Shown here: positions 1 through 13,140 of the stretch, piece by piece
Layout: the number at the start of each line of letters is the position of its first letter
Numbering within the stretch: the first letter of the stretch is position 1
Source of the DNA: Pelomyxa schiedti
Taxonomy: Eukaryota > Protista > Evosea
Length of the DNA: 64,000 bases
Reading direction: 5' to 3'
Assembly: GCA_020536535.1 (NCBI GenBank)
Contig: JAHLWZ010000801.1
Location: forward strand, 62,001 to 126,000
Translations under genes and position numbers: made by a program
The notes under the pieces: generated by a model
Seen by the model: only the letters and a program-made list of their open reading frames with translations
Databases searched by the model: none
Told to the model about the DNA's origin: nothing

Positions 1-1942
1 AATTGTCTCACTTCAAAGTCAAGCTTAATGTATGTATTTCTATCAATCTACAATAAACCCATGAAAAAGGAAATTTACTTAGGAACAAACTTGCTTGAAT
101 GCAGACCTGCAGTCCCAGCTTTCCAATACGCGGAAAACCACCACCGACCTGCAATCGTCCCTTACTGACAGACAAGCACAGTTCCTCCATGACACCGAAA
201 AAATTAGAGCAGAGTCCCGTGATCAAATATCCAAATTGGAAGGGACCAGAACACAAATGCTCCAAACCATGCAAAAGCTCAAAGAGCAAGTCAAGAAGTT
301 GGAGGGTGATAGGGATGAATTGGAAGAGAAACTGCGTAATCAGCTTCAAGTAGGCCAAGAAGATGCACAGGAATTAGAATCTCTACGCAAAAAATTGAAA
401 GAATCTCAGAAAGCAAAGAAAAAGATGGAGCGTCATGCCCAGGTGGCCCATTTTCTTTTAATCAAATCTATGGGAATTAATGACTTGCGTGAAGGAAAGT
501 GGAGATAAGCAACTACTAGCTAAAGTCCAGGTTTCATTTTCTTATTTCCCCTTGAGTCACTAACGAACATAGCAAGCAGAGCACAAGCTAAAAATCGAAG
601 AATTCCTCCTCAATGCACTGTTCAGTGCTGATTCATCACTATTTGACGCCCAAGGTGTTCCCTGCACAGCATTGCTTATCATAGACCGATTGCAGCAATG
701 GAACAGCCTGAAAAAGCCGGACAGTGACTTCTTTGAGAAAATAGCTGAGAGAATAAAGACTATCTCACTGGTACGACAACTTGTAATTTAGTTTGGTTTT
801 TCGGTTTGATTCAAAAACAAACTACTTCCCAGGGGTATAAAGACAACCTCATGATGTCCACATACTTTGTAACTGTGACCTGGAGTCTTCTGAATTTCGT
901 GCAAGGGACTCTCGTACCACCAAGGTAACCTCCTATTATCGATTTTACCTCTATTTGGATAACATAAAGCACTCAGCCGGACAGAGTACATCTTGAAGCC
1001 CAGTGCGGCACCCGAGGGTGAGGTCCCTCGATTCGTGTTCCAATTACAACAAGTACTTCACGAAATATTCTTCATGCTGTTGCAAAGAACAGAGCATGTA
1101 TGCCCTCGTTATTAATTACACCTTCGGGATTGAACCTATTTTCTTACAGATTCTTGACGGAATCCTGTGCCAAGCAATCTTTGAACCACCTGAACAACTC
1201 AGGGTGAGCGGTGCTTCTAGGTAGAGGCATCCATTTTCACTTGATTTCACTTTTTCAAAACACCTAAATAAAAAAAAGATCCGCTGCTGCCAAACCAAAA
1301 GGAGGGCCCAGCATAACTGATGTTATCCAGATTCTCCAGGAAACACTCCAAAGACTTCTTGACAATGGAATTTCCCGGTCTATTTGCTTCCAGTTCTTCT
1401 CTCAGTTGTGCTACTGGATAAACGCCCGACTTTTCAACCAGCTTGTCAACCAACCTGGATGCTGTATCCACCCCCTTGTGACCAAATTTTAATGCTTACT
1501 TTTTTTTTTTCCCCTCTGATTGAACAGGCACGTGTGGAAAAGGATTCCAAATCAAATTAGGTCTTTCCTCAATTGAAGAGTTCCTGTACCAGAGTGCATT
1601 CCTCAGCCGTGCAAGGTAAAACCACCTCTCACTCATTTTATATTCTCCTATCTCACCTCCACTACCTATCTATCTGTTCACAGGCAGCGCTTGGACCACA
1701 TCAAGCAAGCTGGGAACCTGCTCATCATGGACAAGGCAGTGCTGTTTGACGAGACCATAGTCCACACAGCCTTCAGCGCACTTAACCCAGTCCAGCTTGC
1801 CCACATTGTGCACTCGTTCAAGCCGGATTCTCTGATGCCGGATCCTGTGGCACCAAGCGTTCTCGGCAGAATACAGAGGCTCAATCCATCATCCTCAACT
1901 CCATTGATTCTGGATCCTAACATATTACTCACATTTGGTTAA
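1..1942 (+). CDS. 3' part (coiled coil + DIL domain) of the NT-C2/DIL gene, left-arm copy, 5'-truncated in this window
   Basis: Mirror of 13141-15082. The last exon DHIKQAGNLLIMDK...LNPVQLAHIVHSFKPD resembles the end of a Dilute (DIL) domain. Confidence 0.75.
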
Positions 1943-2089
1943 ACCAAATACGTAACTTTATGAGCTAAATAAAGAAATGGAATAGCCTTGTTGGGGATTT
2001 GTTTTGAGTGTCTTTTTATGTGGGGTATGCTATGAACACGATTCTTTTTTGAATTTTTTGCCCCTTGTACAATTGCCTGTTGTTTTGTG

Positions 2090-5000
2090 TCAGGGTGCAC
2101 CAAAGAACACCTTGAGTTCCGCGAGGGTGTAGTCACGAGATAAGTGCATCCGTAAATCGGCTTCACAGTTGTCTGTTGGGTTGCCGCGAAGCTTCTGTAC
2201 ATTTACATAGAGGCTGAGGAGAACTCCTGTAGGAGTAATGAGTGTGTTAAAATATGTTGCTGTGTACTCGCCTATCAGAGCTTCCAGGGCACGTGGCTGC
2301 CGCTCAAATGCACGGTTGATTTCACTGGCATTGGCGAGAATATCCGCGTACTCTTCGGAGAGGAAGCCGGGGATAGCAAGTGATTGCTGTGTGGTATTGG
2401 GTAGAAGTGCAGCTGTTTGAGGCAAAGAGGTTAAGCTATTTTCGGCAGAATTCCCGCTTTCTTGCATTTGAATCTCCTTCAATGCCTCAATGAGCTGAAC
2501 TTGTTGCTGAAGCTTAAAAAGGTATGTCAGTCTTGGATCAAGAAGCTCGAGAATAGTATTGATACTCTTTTCGATGATTGCTGGCAGCATTATTATTATG
2601 CAGTTTTGGTTTTGGGTTTTTTTTTTTTAAAAAAAAGACCAAAAGGGATGAAGTTACTTGTTGACATGTGAATGGCTATTTTTCGGGCCGTTGCTTCTTT
2701 TGAAATAAAGTCCTTCACAGTACACAGTGTACTGAGGGAGTCTGTCTGAAACACGGCTTCCTTTTTCCTGTGGTTGCAGTGAGGAAAATCGGTCAGCAAC
2801 ACAAGGTGGAACATGTAATGGCACGCTCCAATCGAGCCTGTGAATGAGGAACGGAAAAATAGTGTAATGTCTTCAGTAAGGCACCTGATTTATTTTGATT
2901 ATGTTAAAAAAAAAAGAATCTCACTGCCTCGGTTTGGAATGTACCTCTCTGGGACTTCAGGGAAACATGAACCAACAAGTGCATGTATCTCAGATAATGT
3001 AAAGTTACCAGAGAGTTTGAGTTCATTCAATGGTCTTAAGAAATGAGAGGCACCAAAGAAAGGAAGGAATAGGTATTACCTTGCACATTCTTGTTCAGTC
3101 AATTGATTGACCCTTTCGTGCAGTGAAAGAGGTTTGATTTGAATAGTGCACAAACGTGCCGCATGGGGACTGATGTGTGGAAGTACAAATACTTGTAATT
3201 TTCCATATTTGCCTTCAAATGTTCGGACCTGAAAGTGAGGTACATTATAGATTGAAAAATATGTTAACAAGTCACACTTTGAGCTCCACTCTATGCAGGT
3301 TTTGGGGTACAACTTTTACAGTGGCAATGAGAGCTGACTCCGACTGTAGTACAGATTGTAAGAGTACAGTCAGCATTGAAAAGAAGATGAGGAAGTTTTA
3401 CTGCCGGAGTAGCATTGCTTATTAGCTGTTCTGGTGGTGGTGTATAGTGCAAGGTACAATCTGATTTGTCAACATCAACTTCTATTTGAGTGTCTGCTCT
3501 AATTGCCAAACAGTCGATGGGGAACTTGGTCTCTAGGCTGAGAGTGTGTGTACAAGTGGCAGGGTCGAGTATAAAGTCGGTTGAAACATCAATCTTGAGA
3601 CACGTAAGATCGATGCAAGTAGGATAAATGAAAAGAAGATCCCGAACTTGAGGAATCGAGACAGTCGATTTGCTTTTGGTCCTTTCTCCTTCTCTTCGAA
3701 TAGATTCCTCCAGTCTGTTTACATCCGCTCGAGTCTCTTGTATTCTTGTTCTTAGCTCCTCAATAGTGGGGCCATGTGAAATGGGTGGGGGAGTTGTAGT
3801 GTGTGCGCGTGCTTTCGTCGGCGCAGCAGGTGTTGGCTGTGGGGTGATAAGTTCTGCTTGAACCTTAAGGTGAATTATTTTACAACAAGGACACTAGATG
3901 CACACAGTTGCTGGCGCCGGACTGGCATTAGGGTCAAGCGAGAAACATATAATTTTCCCTGAGAAAGTACATATAGTAATGTCATATGGTTTAAGGGATG
4001 ATATCTGTCCACACTCGAGTCCCTGGATGCTCTCATTAACCTGTGTTCTGGAGGAATATGTTAACATGATTTAGTGTCTCCCATTGAAATACCTCCATGA
4101 CAGTTTAGGAGGCAGGTTGATATCAGTGCTTTGAAAAGAGTACACCTCCAAGCTTCTGTATTTCATCTTAGTTCTTTTTCCCCCCATTCCCGTTCCTACC
4201 CATCATCTCTGCCAATGATAATATCATTGCATAAATTGCCAAAACTACAGCTATTGATGATGGAAATGCGACTTTGGCTCTATTTTTTATGTTATTCGTG
4301 TGGAATGGTAGTTTCACAACTTCTGATGCCAGGAGAGACCACTTCTGTGTGAATCCTGAGGAGTTGAATCGGAGGCAGCCGAGATGCCCTTTGTTCGTTC
4401 CGTAAAGAAACACTTTGCTTGAAACTCCTCGTGGCAACGGCGTTTCTGTATTGTAACGATGTATTGCAGTGCAAGCTGTCTCTACTTCAACTGCGTAAAT
4501 GCACTCTGATCCCTACGTTTTTTCTTTCCTCGTTGAACTTAACATTAAAAAGGGTACCTGTACTACACGGATAAATTTGTCTTGGCAAGCCAAAATGGCA
4601 ACAAGGTCGGCATTTACCAGCTGACAACAAATCATATCATTAATTCTGTCTATACAACTAGTATAAGACTATGTCAATTCTAGTTTGGAATAACTAACCA
4701 TTGGACATGAAAAAATCTTTATCTTTAGCATCAACAAAGTGATAGCTATAGTTTTTCAGTCTTGTAAATTGTTTGGGATAAGGACACACAGAGAATATTC
4801 ACCAGATACAAACATGTCTGGTCCCTCAACAAATAAGTTATGAATGACTTCAGTCATTCCTGTTTCCACAGTGAAAAACTGTTTCCCCTGAGACGCTGGT
4901 GAGTTCAGTTTGGGGTGGCACGAAATGCATTCACTTTTTTGGCAGAAATCCCAGAAACTGTGTGCCCAAAGGAATAAAAGACTCTGTCTTTGCACATAGC

Positions 5001-5480
5001 TGAGGGACCACCCATCTCCAATCTAGTGACTGGGGAGCCACATGGTTCAGTTTTGAATTGGGTCTTGGTGTGGCAATTGGTTGGTTCAATCATGAAAGAG
5101 GTTCAATAGAGTTGCAACATAGCACAGAGCAATTATATGTAGAAACTAATGAATGAGCGGTTTACGAGATATCATCTTACCACCACTTCGCCATTTATGA
5201 CAGCCAGGCAAGTCAAGCATCCAGAGTCGTCGCCAACAACAATAGACTGCATTTCGCTGGAACCAGAGGACGACAAGTGTTTACGAGACGAAGACGAAGA
5301 CGAAGACGCGGACGCAGATGAGGCCTCCGGCAACGTGAGAGCCATAGATTTCCTCGACACTTGTCCCACACCAAGCAGATCTCGCCTTGTAAACACCAAA
5401 TCTCGGGGCGCCAGTGTCGTAGACACGCCATCGTTTTCCGGTACAGCCACCGTCGACCCTTTGTGTTTGGAACCTCGCAT
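2090..5480 (-). CDS. BBS7: Bardet-Biedl syndrome 7 protein (BBSome subunit), left-arm copy, multi-exon
   Basis: Mirror of 9603-12993. Confidence 0.88.
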
Positions 5481-5851
5481 TTTCGACTAAACAAACTTTC
5501 GTCAAGGAACAAGAAGAACGGAAATCAAACCCACAATTTAGTGCCAAGGAAAAAAGAACAGCTGATGGAGGTAGCTGGGGTTGACGAGCACCCGGTCCTC
5601 CCTACATTTTCCCCAGTCTCTAATAGACACAAACCTACCATTTTTTTTTGCTTTCTTTATCAACTCCATCAAGCAACCCTGAGTGCTGCCCCCAAATCCA
5701 AACTCAGTCCTTTCCGTAGTTCCGGTTACTGCGAGTGCTTGATATTTGGGAAAACCAAATAACTGAAGATTTGGGGTGTGGCGATGAACGCCCCAAGCAA
5801 CTCTTCAACGGTCATCAAAGATGCCAATACCAACAGCTAACCTAACTTGGC

Positions 5852-7128
5852 ATGTGGTCCGGGGACAGACGCCTGCATTTCGCCGTCGTCGTTTCGTTCG
5901 TTGGCGGCTGCCTTGGCGTGTTTTTGATCTTCCTGCTGCGTGACTGGAAGATCCGGTCGGTTCTCGGCGACGATCTCGGCGTACCGCCGCCGGCCCCAGA
6001 TCCGCCCATAATAAAGGCTCGTAGGGACGCCTACGCGTTTTTGGCCGTGAACGATTCTCCCCTGTTGGGCATACTAACATCCAGCCAGGTTTGTGTTGCT
6101 CTTTTTCTGTCCACCTTTATTTACCTAAAAAAAAAATAAATATAAAATAAATTTTCTACTAGGCCTTAATTACGTATGGCTCCACCAAACAAAGAGTGGT
6201 GTTGTGCACTCCAGCAGTTTCGGTGTTCTTCAGAGACGTGATGAGGATGATGAACAACACAATTATTGGTGCGTTTGTTCCTGACCCTCCCTTTCCCTTG
6301 CTAGTGTTGACTTGAAGGCTGCAGATATACCACCTCCTCCAACACATCCAAATTACCAGCCAGGGATTGCAGCGTGGAAGCTACTTTTAAGCAAATTGGA
6401 AGTGTACAAGTTGTACACTATGTTTGACAAAATCGTCTACTTGGATGCTGATATGGTGCTTAATACGAACATTGACGACCTTTTTGAAACTGAGCAACAG
6501 TGAGTATGCTGGCTTACAAAAGCAGATAGGATTGACCTTTTTCAGGTTTATATCTATGACAGACAACTATTCTTGCCACATCAAACCAGGAAAGATCAAT
6601 TCCGGTCTGGTTGCAATCACAATGAACAGGTGCCACCTTTGATGTCCCAATTGCTTCTCATTTTTATTCCAGTTCATGGTACTCAGGGATGATGGAAATG
6701 TTGAACCATACAGTTATCAAGGATGGTGATCAAGAATTGGTGCAAAAATATATGGATAGCCAATTTGGGAACCTCACTTTGCTCCCTGAAACCTATGCTG
6801 CATTTGTGTGGCGCTGTGTATGCCATATCAAGTACAACTTCAGTGAGGTAGAGAACCTGAGAACCTTAAAGACAACAGACTAACCCGACACCACCAATTT
6901 TAGGTCAAGGTAATACATTTTACGAATTGGCAAATACAATACTGGAAACTAGCCCAGAGCGATCCGCGCGCCTTTGCCGCGCTCAGGGGATTCAACTGCA
7001 GTGCGCAGTACTATGTCAACTGGCGAAATCACTACAATGAAGCCATCAAGACCCTCAAGCATTCTCTAAATCTCACGAACACCTCGGAGAGCACACAGAT
7101 ACATTTACCTTTACTCCCCCAGTGGTAG
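5852..7128 (+). CDS. Glycosyltransferase family 8 (glycogenin/galactinol synthase-like) with N-terminal TM anchor, left-arm copy
   Basis: TM segment FAVVVSFVGGCLGVFLIFLL; SKLEVYKLYTMFDKIVYLDADM.LNTNIDDLF (DxD motif); INSGL; DGDQE; VKVIHF; stop TAG at 7126-7128. Confidence 0.85.
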
Positions 7129-7455
7129 CAACTTGTAATAGTAGGCAAGGACACATTTCCCTGTAGAAGTAGAGTCACCTGTAACCTTGATTTGTGCACC
7201 ACCCAAATAAGCCGACAAACAGAATAGAAAAAGTTTTGTGCCAACACTATTGCCTATCGAAATCCTGGAGAATGAATAGAAACCTTACTGCAAGGACTTC
7301 AGTTGCTCAAAGAATCCAACAAAAAAAAAAAAAACAAAAAAAATATGGGGTGATTTAACTTGTGAGAAGAGATGGGGCTAGCGGCACCGGGGGAGAGTTA
7401 GCCCAGAGGACCCCTACAACATTCCCCAATCAGCACCTGTCCCACCTCGACCACA

Positions 7456-7627
7456 GGTTGCATCCAATTGAGCGTTGTCCCCCAGCCCGTGTTCAGTCGG
7501 AAAATTGGAATTGTGGGAAACAAAAAAAACAAAAAGCCGAAAAGAACAAAAAAAAATAAAAATTTCCCACAATTTCAGTTTCGCGAGCGAACACGAACAG
7601 GGATACAACGCACCACCTTAACAAGTT
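7456..7627. repeat. Non-identical palindrome spacer with an imperfect hairpin (stem 7472-7520 / 7563-7611, A-rich loop 7521-7562)
   Basis: Ungapped comparison of 7472-7520 with the reverse complement of 7563-7611 gives 38/49 matches (gcgttgt/acaacgc, cgtgttc/gaacacg, aattgtgggaaa/tttcccacaatt). Confidence 0.9.
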
Positions 7628-7954
7628 TGTGGTCGAGGTGGGACAGGTGCTGATTGGGGAATGTTGTAGGGGTCCTCTGGGCTAACTCTCCCCCGGTGCC
7701 GCTAGCCCCATCTCTTCTCACAAGTTAAATCACCCCATATTTTTTTTGTTTTTTTTTTTTTTGTTGGATTCTTTGAGCAACTGAAGTCCTTGCAGTAAGG
7801 TTTCTATTCATTCTCCAGGATTTCGATAGGCAATAGTGTTGGCACAAAACTTTTTCTATTCTGTTTGTCGGCTTATTTGGGTGGTGCACAAATCAAGGTT
7901 ACAGGTGACTCTACTTCTACAGGGAAATGTGTCCTTGCCTACTATTACAAGTTG

Positions 7955-9231
7955 CTACCACTGGGGGAGTAAAGGTAAATGTATCTGTGTGCTCTCCGAG
8001 GTGTTCGTGAGATTTAGAGAATGCTTGAGGGTCTTGATGGCTTCATTGTAGTGATTTCGCCAGTTGACATAGTACTGCGCACTGCAGTTGAATCCCCTGA
8101 GCGCGGCAAAGGCGCGCGGATCGCTCTGGGCTAGTTTCCAGTATTGTATTTGCCAATTCGTAAAATGTATTACCTTGACCTAAAATTGGTGGTGTCGGGT
8201 TAGTCTGTTGTCTTTAAGGTTCTCAGGTTCTCTACCTCACTGAAGTTGTACTTGATATGGCATACACAGCGCCACACAAATGCAGCATAGGTTTCAGGGA
8301 GCAAAGTGAGGTTCCCAAATTGGCTATCCATATATTTTTGCACCAATTCTTGATCACCATCCTTGATAACTGTATGGTTCAACATTTCCATCATCCCTGA
8401 GTACCATGAACTGGAATAAAAATGAGAAGCAATTGGGACATCAAAGGTGGCACCTGTTCATTGTGATTGCAACCAGACCGGAATTGATCTTTCCTGGTTT
8501 GATGTGGCAAGAATAGTTGTCTGTCATAGATATAAACCTGAAAAAGGTCAATCCTATCTGCTTTTGTAAGCCAGCATACTCACTGTTGCTCAGTTTCAAA
8601 AAGGTCGTCAATGTTCGTATTAAGCACCATATCAGCATCCAAGTAGACGATTTTGTCAAACATAGTGTACAACTTGTACACTTCCAATTTGCTTAAAAGT
8701 AGCTTCCACGCTGCAATCCCTGGCTGGTAATTTGGATGTGTTGGAGGAGGTGGTATATCTGCAGCCTTCAAGTCAACACTAGCAAGGGAAAGGGAGGGTC
8801 AGGAACAAACGCACCAATAATTGTGTTGTTCATCATCCTCATCACGTCTCTGAAGAACACCGAAACTGCTGGAGTGCACAACACCACTCTTTGTTTGGTG
8901 GAGCCATACGTAATTAAGGCCTAGTAGAAAATTTATTTTATATTTATTTTTTTTTTAGGTAAATAAAGGTGGACAGAAAAAGAGCAACACAAACCTGGCT
9001 GGATGTTAGTATGCCCAACAGGGGAGAATCGTTCACGGCCAAAAACGCGTAGGCGTCCCTACGAGCCTTTATTATGGGCGGATCTGGGGCCGGCGGCGGT
9101 ACGCCGAGATCGTCGCCGAGAACCGACCGGATCTTCCAGTCACGCAGCAGGAAGATCAAAAACACGCCAAGGCAGCCGCCAACGAACGAAACGACGACGG
9201 CGAAATGCAGGCGTCTGTCCCCGGACCACAT
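7955..9231 (-). CDS. Glycosyltransferase family 8, right-arm copy
   Basis: Mirror of 5852-7128 with the same DADM and NSG motifs. Confidence 0.85.
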
Positions 9232-9602
9232 GCCAAGTTAGGTTAGCTGTTGGTATTGGCATCTTTGATGACCGTTGAAGAGTTGCTTGGGGCGTTCATC
9301 GCCACACCCCAAATCTTCAGTTATTTGGTTTTCCCAAATATCAAGCACTCGCAGTAACCGGAACTACGGAAAGGACTGAGTTTGGATTTGGGGGCAGCAC
9401 TCAGGGTTGCTTGATGGAGTTGATAAAGAAAGCAAAAAAAAATGGTAGGTTTGTGTCTATTAGAGACTGGGGAAAATGTAGGGAGGACCGGGTGCTCGTC
9501 AACCCCAGCTACCTCCATCAGCTGTTCTTTTTTCCTTGGCACTAAATTGTGGGTTTGATTTCCGTTCTTCTTGTTCCTTGACGAAAGTTTGTTTAGTCGA
9601 AA

Positions 9603-12600
9603 ATGCGAGGTTCCAAACACAAAGGGTCGACGGTGGCTGTACCGGAAAACGATGGCGTGTCTACGACACTGGCGCCCCGAGATTTGGTGTTTACAAGGCG
9701 AGATCTGCTTGGTGTGGGACAAGTGTCGAGGAAATCTATGGCTCTCACGTTGCCGGAGGCCTCATCTGCGTCCGCGTCTTCGTCTTCGTCTTCGTCTCGT
9801 AAACACTTGTCGTCCTCTGGTTCCAGCGAAATGCAGTCTATTGTTGTTGGCGACGACTCTGGATGCTTGACTTGCCTGGCTGTCATAAATGGCGAAGTGG
9901 TGGTAAGATGATATCTCGTAAACCGCTCATTCATTAGTTTCTACATATAATTGCTCTGTGCTATGTTGCAACTCTATTGAACCTCTTTCATGATTGAACC
10001 AACCAATTGCCACACCAAGACCCAATTCAAAACTGAACCATGTGGCTCCCCAGTCACTAGATTGGAGATGGGTGGTCCCTCAGCTATGTGCAAAGACAGA
10101 GTCTTTTATTCCTTTGGGCACACAGTTTCTGGGATTTCTGCCAAAAAAGTGAATGCATTTCGTGCCACCCCAAACTGAACTCACCAGCGTCTCAGGGGAA
10201 ACAGTTTTTCACTGTGGAAACAGGAATGACTGAAGTCATTCATAACTTATTTGTTGAGGGACCAGACATGTTTGTATCTGGTGAATATTCTCTGTGTGTC
10301 CTTATCCCAAACAATTTACAAGACTGAAAAACTATAGCTATCACTTTGTTGATGCTAAAGATAAAGATTTTTTCATGTCCAATGGTTAGTTATTCCAAAC
10401 TAGAATTGACATAGTCTTATACTAGTTGTATAGACAGAATTAATGATATGATTTGTTGTCAGCTGGTAAATGCCGACCTTGTTGCCATTTTGGCTTGCCA
10501 AGACAAATTTATCCGTGTAGTACAGGTACCCTTTTTAATGTTAAGTTCAACGAGGAAAGAAAAAACGTAGGGATCAGAGTGCATTTACGCAGTTGAAGTA
10601 GAGACAGCTTGCACTGCAATACATCGTTACAATACAGAAACGCCGTTGCCACGAGGAGTTTCAAGCAAAGTGTTTCTTTACGGAACGAACAAAGGGCATC
10701 TCGGCTGCCTCCGATTCAACTCCTCAGGATTCACACAGAAGTGGTCTCTCCTGGCATCAGAAGTTGTGAAACTACCATTCCACACGAATAACATAAAAAA
10801 TAGAGCCAAAGTCGCATTTCCATCATCAATAGCTGTAGTTTTGGCAATTTATGCAATGATATTATCATTGGCAGAGATGATGGGTAGGAACGGGAATGGG
10901 GGGAAAAAGAACTAAGATGAAATACAGAAGCTTGGAGGTGTACTCTTTTCAAAGCACTGATATCAACCTGCCTCCTAAACTGTCATGGAGGTATTTCAAT
11001 GGGAGACACTAAATCATGTTAACATATTCCTCCAGAACACAGGTTAATGAGAGCATCCAGGGACTCGAGTGTGGACAGATATCATCCCTTAAACCATATG
11101 ACATTACTATATGTACTTTCTCAGGGAAAATTATATGTTTCTCGCTTGACCCTAATGCCAGTCCGGCGCCAGCAACTGTGTGCATCTAGTGTCCTTGTTG
11201 TAAAATAATTCACCTTAAGGTTCAAGCAGAACTTATCACCCCACAGCCAACACCTGCTGCGCCGACGAAAGCACGCGCACACACTACAACTCCCCCACCC
11301 ATTTCACATGGCCCCACTATTGAGGAGCTAAGAACAAGAATACAAGAGACTCGAGCGGATGTAAACAGACTGGAGGAATCTATTCGAAGAGAAGGAGAAA
11401 GGACCAAAAGCAAATCGACTGTCTCGATTCCTCAAGTTCGGGATCTTCTTTTCATTTATCCTACTTGCATCGATCTTACGTGTCTCAAGATTGATGTTTC
11501 AACCGACTTTATACTCGACCCTGCCACTTGTACACACACTCTCAGCCTAGAGACCAAGTTCCCCATCGACTGTTTGGCAATTAGAGCAGACACTCAAATA
11601 GAAGTTGATGTTGACAAATCAGATTGTACCTTGCACTATACACCACCACCAGAACAGCTAATAAGCAATGCTACTCCGGCAGTAAAACTTCCTCATCTTC
11701 TTTTCAATGCTGACTGTACTCTTACAATCTGTACTACAGTCGGAGTCAGCTCTCATTGCCACTGTAAAAGTTGTACCCCAAAACCTGCATAGAGTGGAGC
11801 TCAAAGTGTGACTTGTTAACATATTTTTCAATCTATAATGTACCTCACTTTCAGGTCCGAACATTTGAAGGCAAATATGGAAAATTACAAGTATTTGTAC
11901 TTCCACACATCAGTCCCCATGCGGCACGTTTGTGCACTATTCAAATCAAACCTCTTTCACTGCACGAAAGGGTCAATCAATTGACTGAACAAGAATGTGC
12001 AAGGTAATACCTATTCCTTCCTTTCTTTGGTGCCTCTCATTTCTTAAGACCATTGAATGAACTCAAACTCTCTGGTAACTTTACATTATCTGAGATACAT
12101 GCACTTGTTGGTTCATGTTTCCCTGAAGTCCCAGAGAGGTACATTCCAAACCGAGGCAGTGAGATTCTTTTTTTTTTAACATAATCAAAATAAATCAGGT
12201 GCCTTACTGAAGACATTACACTATTTTTCCGTTCCTCATTCACAGGCTCGATTGGAGCGTGCCATTACATGTTCCACCTTGTGTTGCTGACCGATTTTCC
12301 TCACTGCAACCACAGGAAAAAGGAAGCCGTGTTTCAGACAGACTCCCTCAGTACACTGTGTACTGTGAAGGACTTTATTTCAAAAGAAGCAACGGCCCGA
12401 AAAATAGCCATTCACATGTCAACAAGTAACTTCATCCCTTTTGGTCTTTTTTTTAAAAAAAAAAAACCCAAAACCAAAACTGCATAATAATAATGCTGCC
12501 AGCAATCATCGAAAAGAGTATCAATACTATTCTCGAGCTTCTTGATCCAAGACTGACATACCTTTTTAAGCTTCAGCAACAAGTTCAGCTCATTGAGGCA

Positions 12601-12993
12601 TTGAAGGAGATTCAAATGCAAGAAAGCGGGAATTCTGCCGAAAATAGCTTAACCTCTTTGCCTCAAACAGCTGCACTTCTACCCAATACCACACAGCAAT
12701 CACTTGCTATCCCCGGCTTCCTCTCCGAAGAGTACGCGGATATTCTCGCCAATGCCAGTGAAATCAACCGTGCATTTGAGCGGCAGCCACGTGCCCTGGA
12801 AGCTCTGATAGGCGAGTACACAGCAACATATTTTAACACACTCATTACTCCTACAGGAGTTCTCCTCAGCCTCTATGTAAATGTACAGAAGCTTCGCGGC
12901 AACCCAACAGACAACTGTGAAGCCGATTTACGGATGCACTTATCTCGTGACTACACCCTCGCGGAACTCAAGGTGTTCTTTGGTGCACCCTGA
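9603..12993 (+). CDS. BBS7: Bardet-Biedl syndrome 7 protein (BBSome subunit), multi-exon
   Basis: DLVFTRRDLLGVGQVSRKSM, IVVGDDSG, FKTEPCGSPVTRLEMGG, GKQFFTVETGMTE, FEGKYGKLQVFVLP, IQIKPLSLHER, QQVQLIEALKEI and FLSEEYADIL match BBS7 along its length. Confidence 0.9.
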
Positions 12994-13140
12994 CACAAAA
13001 CAACAGGCAATTGTACAAGGGGCAAAAAATTCAAAAAAGAATCGTGTTCATAGCATACCCCACATAAAAAGACACTCAAAACAAATCCCCAACAAGGCTA
13101 TTCCATTTCTTTATTTAGCTCATAAAGTTACGTATTTGGT

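Larger units (their letters stand above)
1..7455. repeat. Left arm of a giant inverted repeat (may extend beyond the window start)
   Basis: Every ORF in 1-7455 has an identical mirror ORF whose coordinates sum to 15083 (8..358 / 14725..15075; 2090..2590 / 12493..12993; 7032..7247 / 7836..8051). Identity ends at ...cccacctcgaccaca (7455). Confidence 0.98.

Noticed and set aside
995-1045. GC-rich stem-like sequence resembling a tRNA fragment
   Set aside because: It lies in an open exon frame (KPSAAPEGEVPRFVFQ) of the DIL gene and forms no cloverleaf.
5149-5490. 113-aa plus-strand ORF with an acidic tract, and its mirror at 9593-9934
   Set aside because: Antisense shadow of BBS7 exon 1 (poly-Ser codons).
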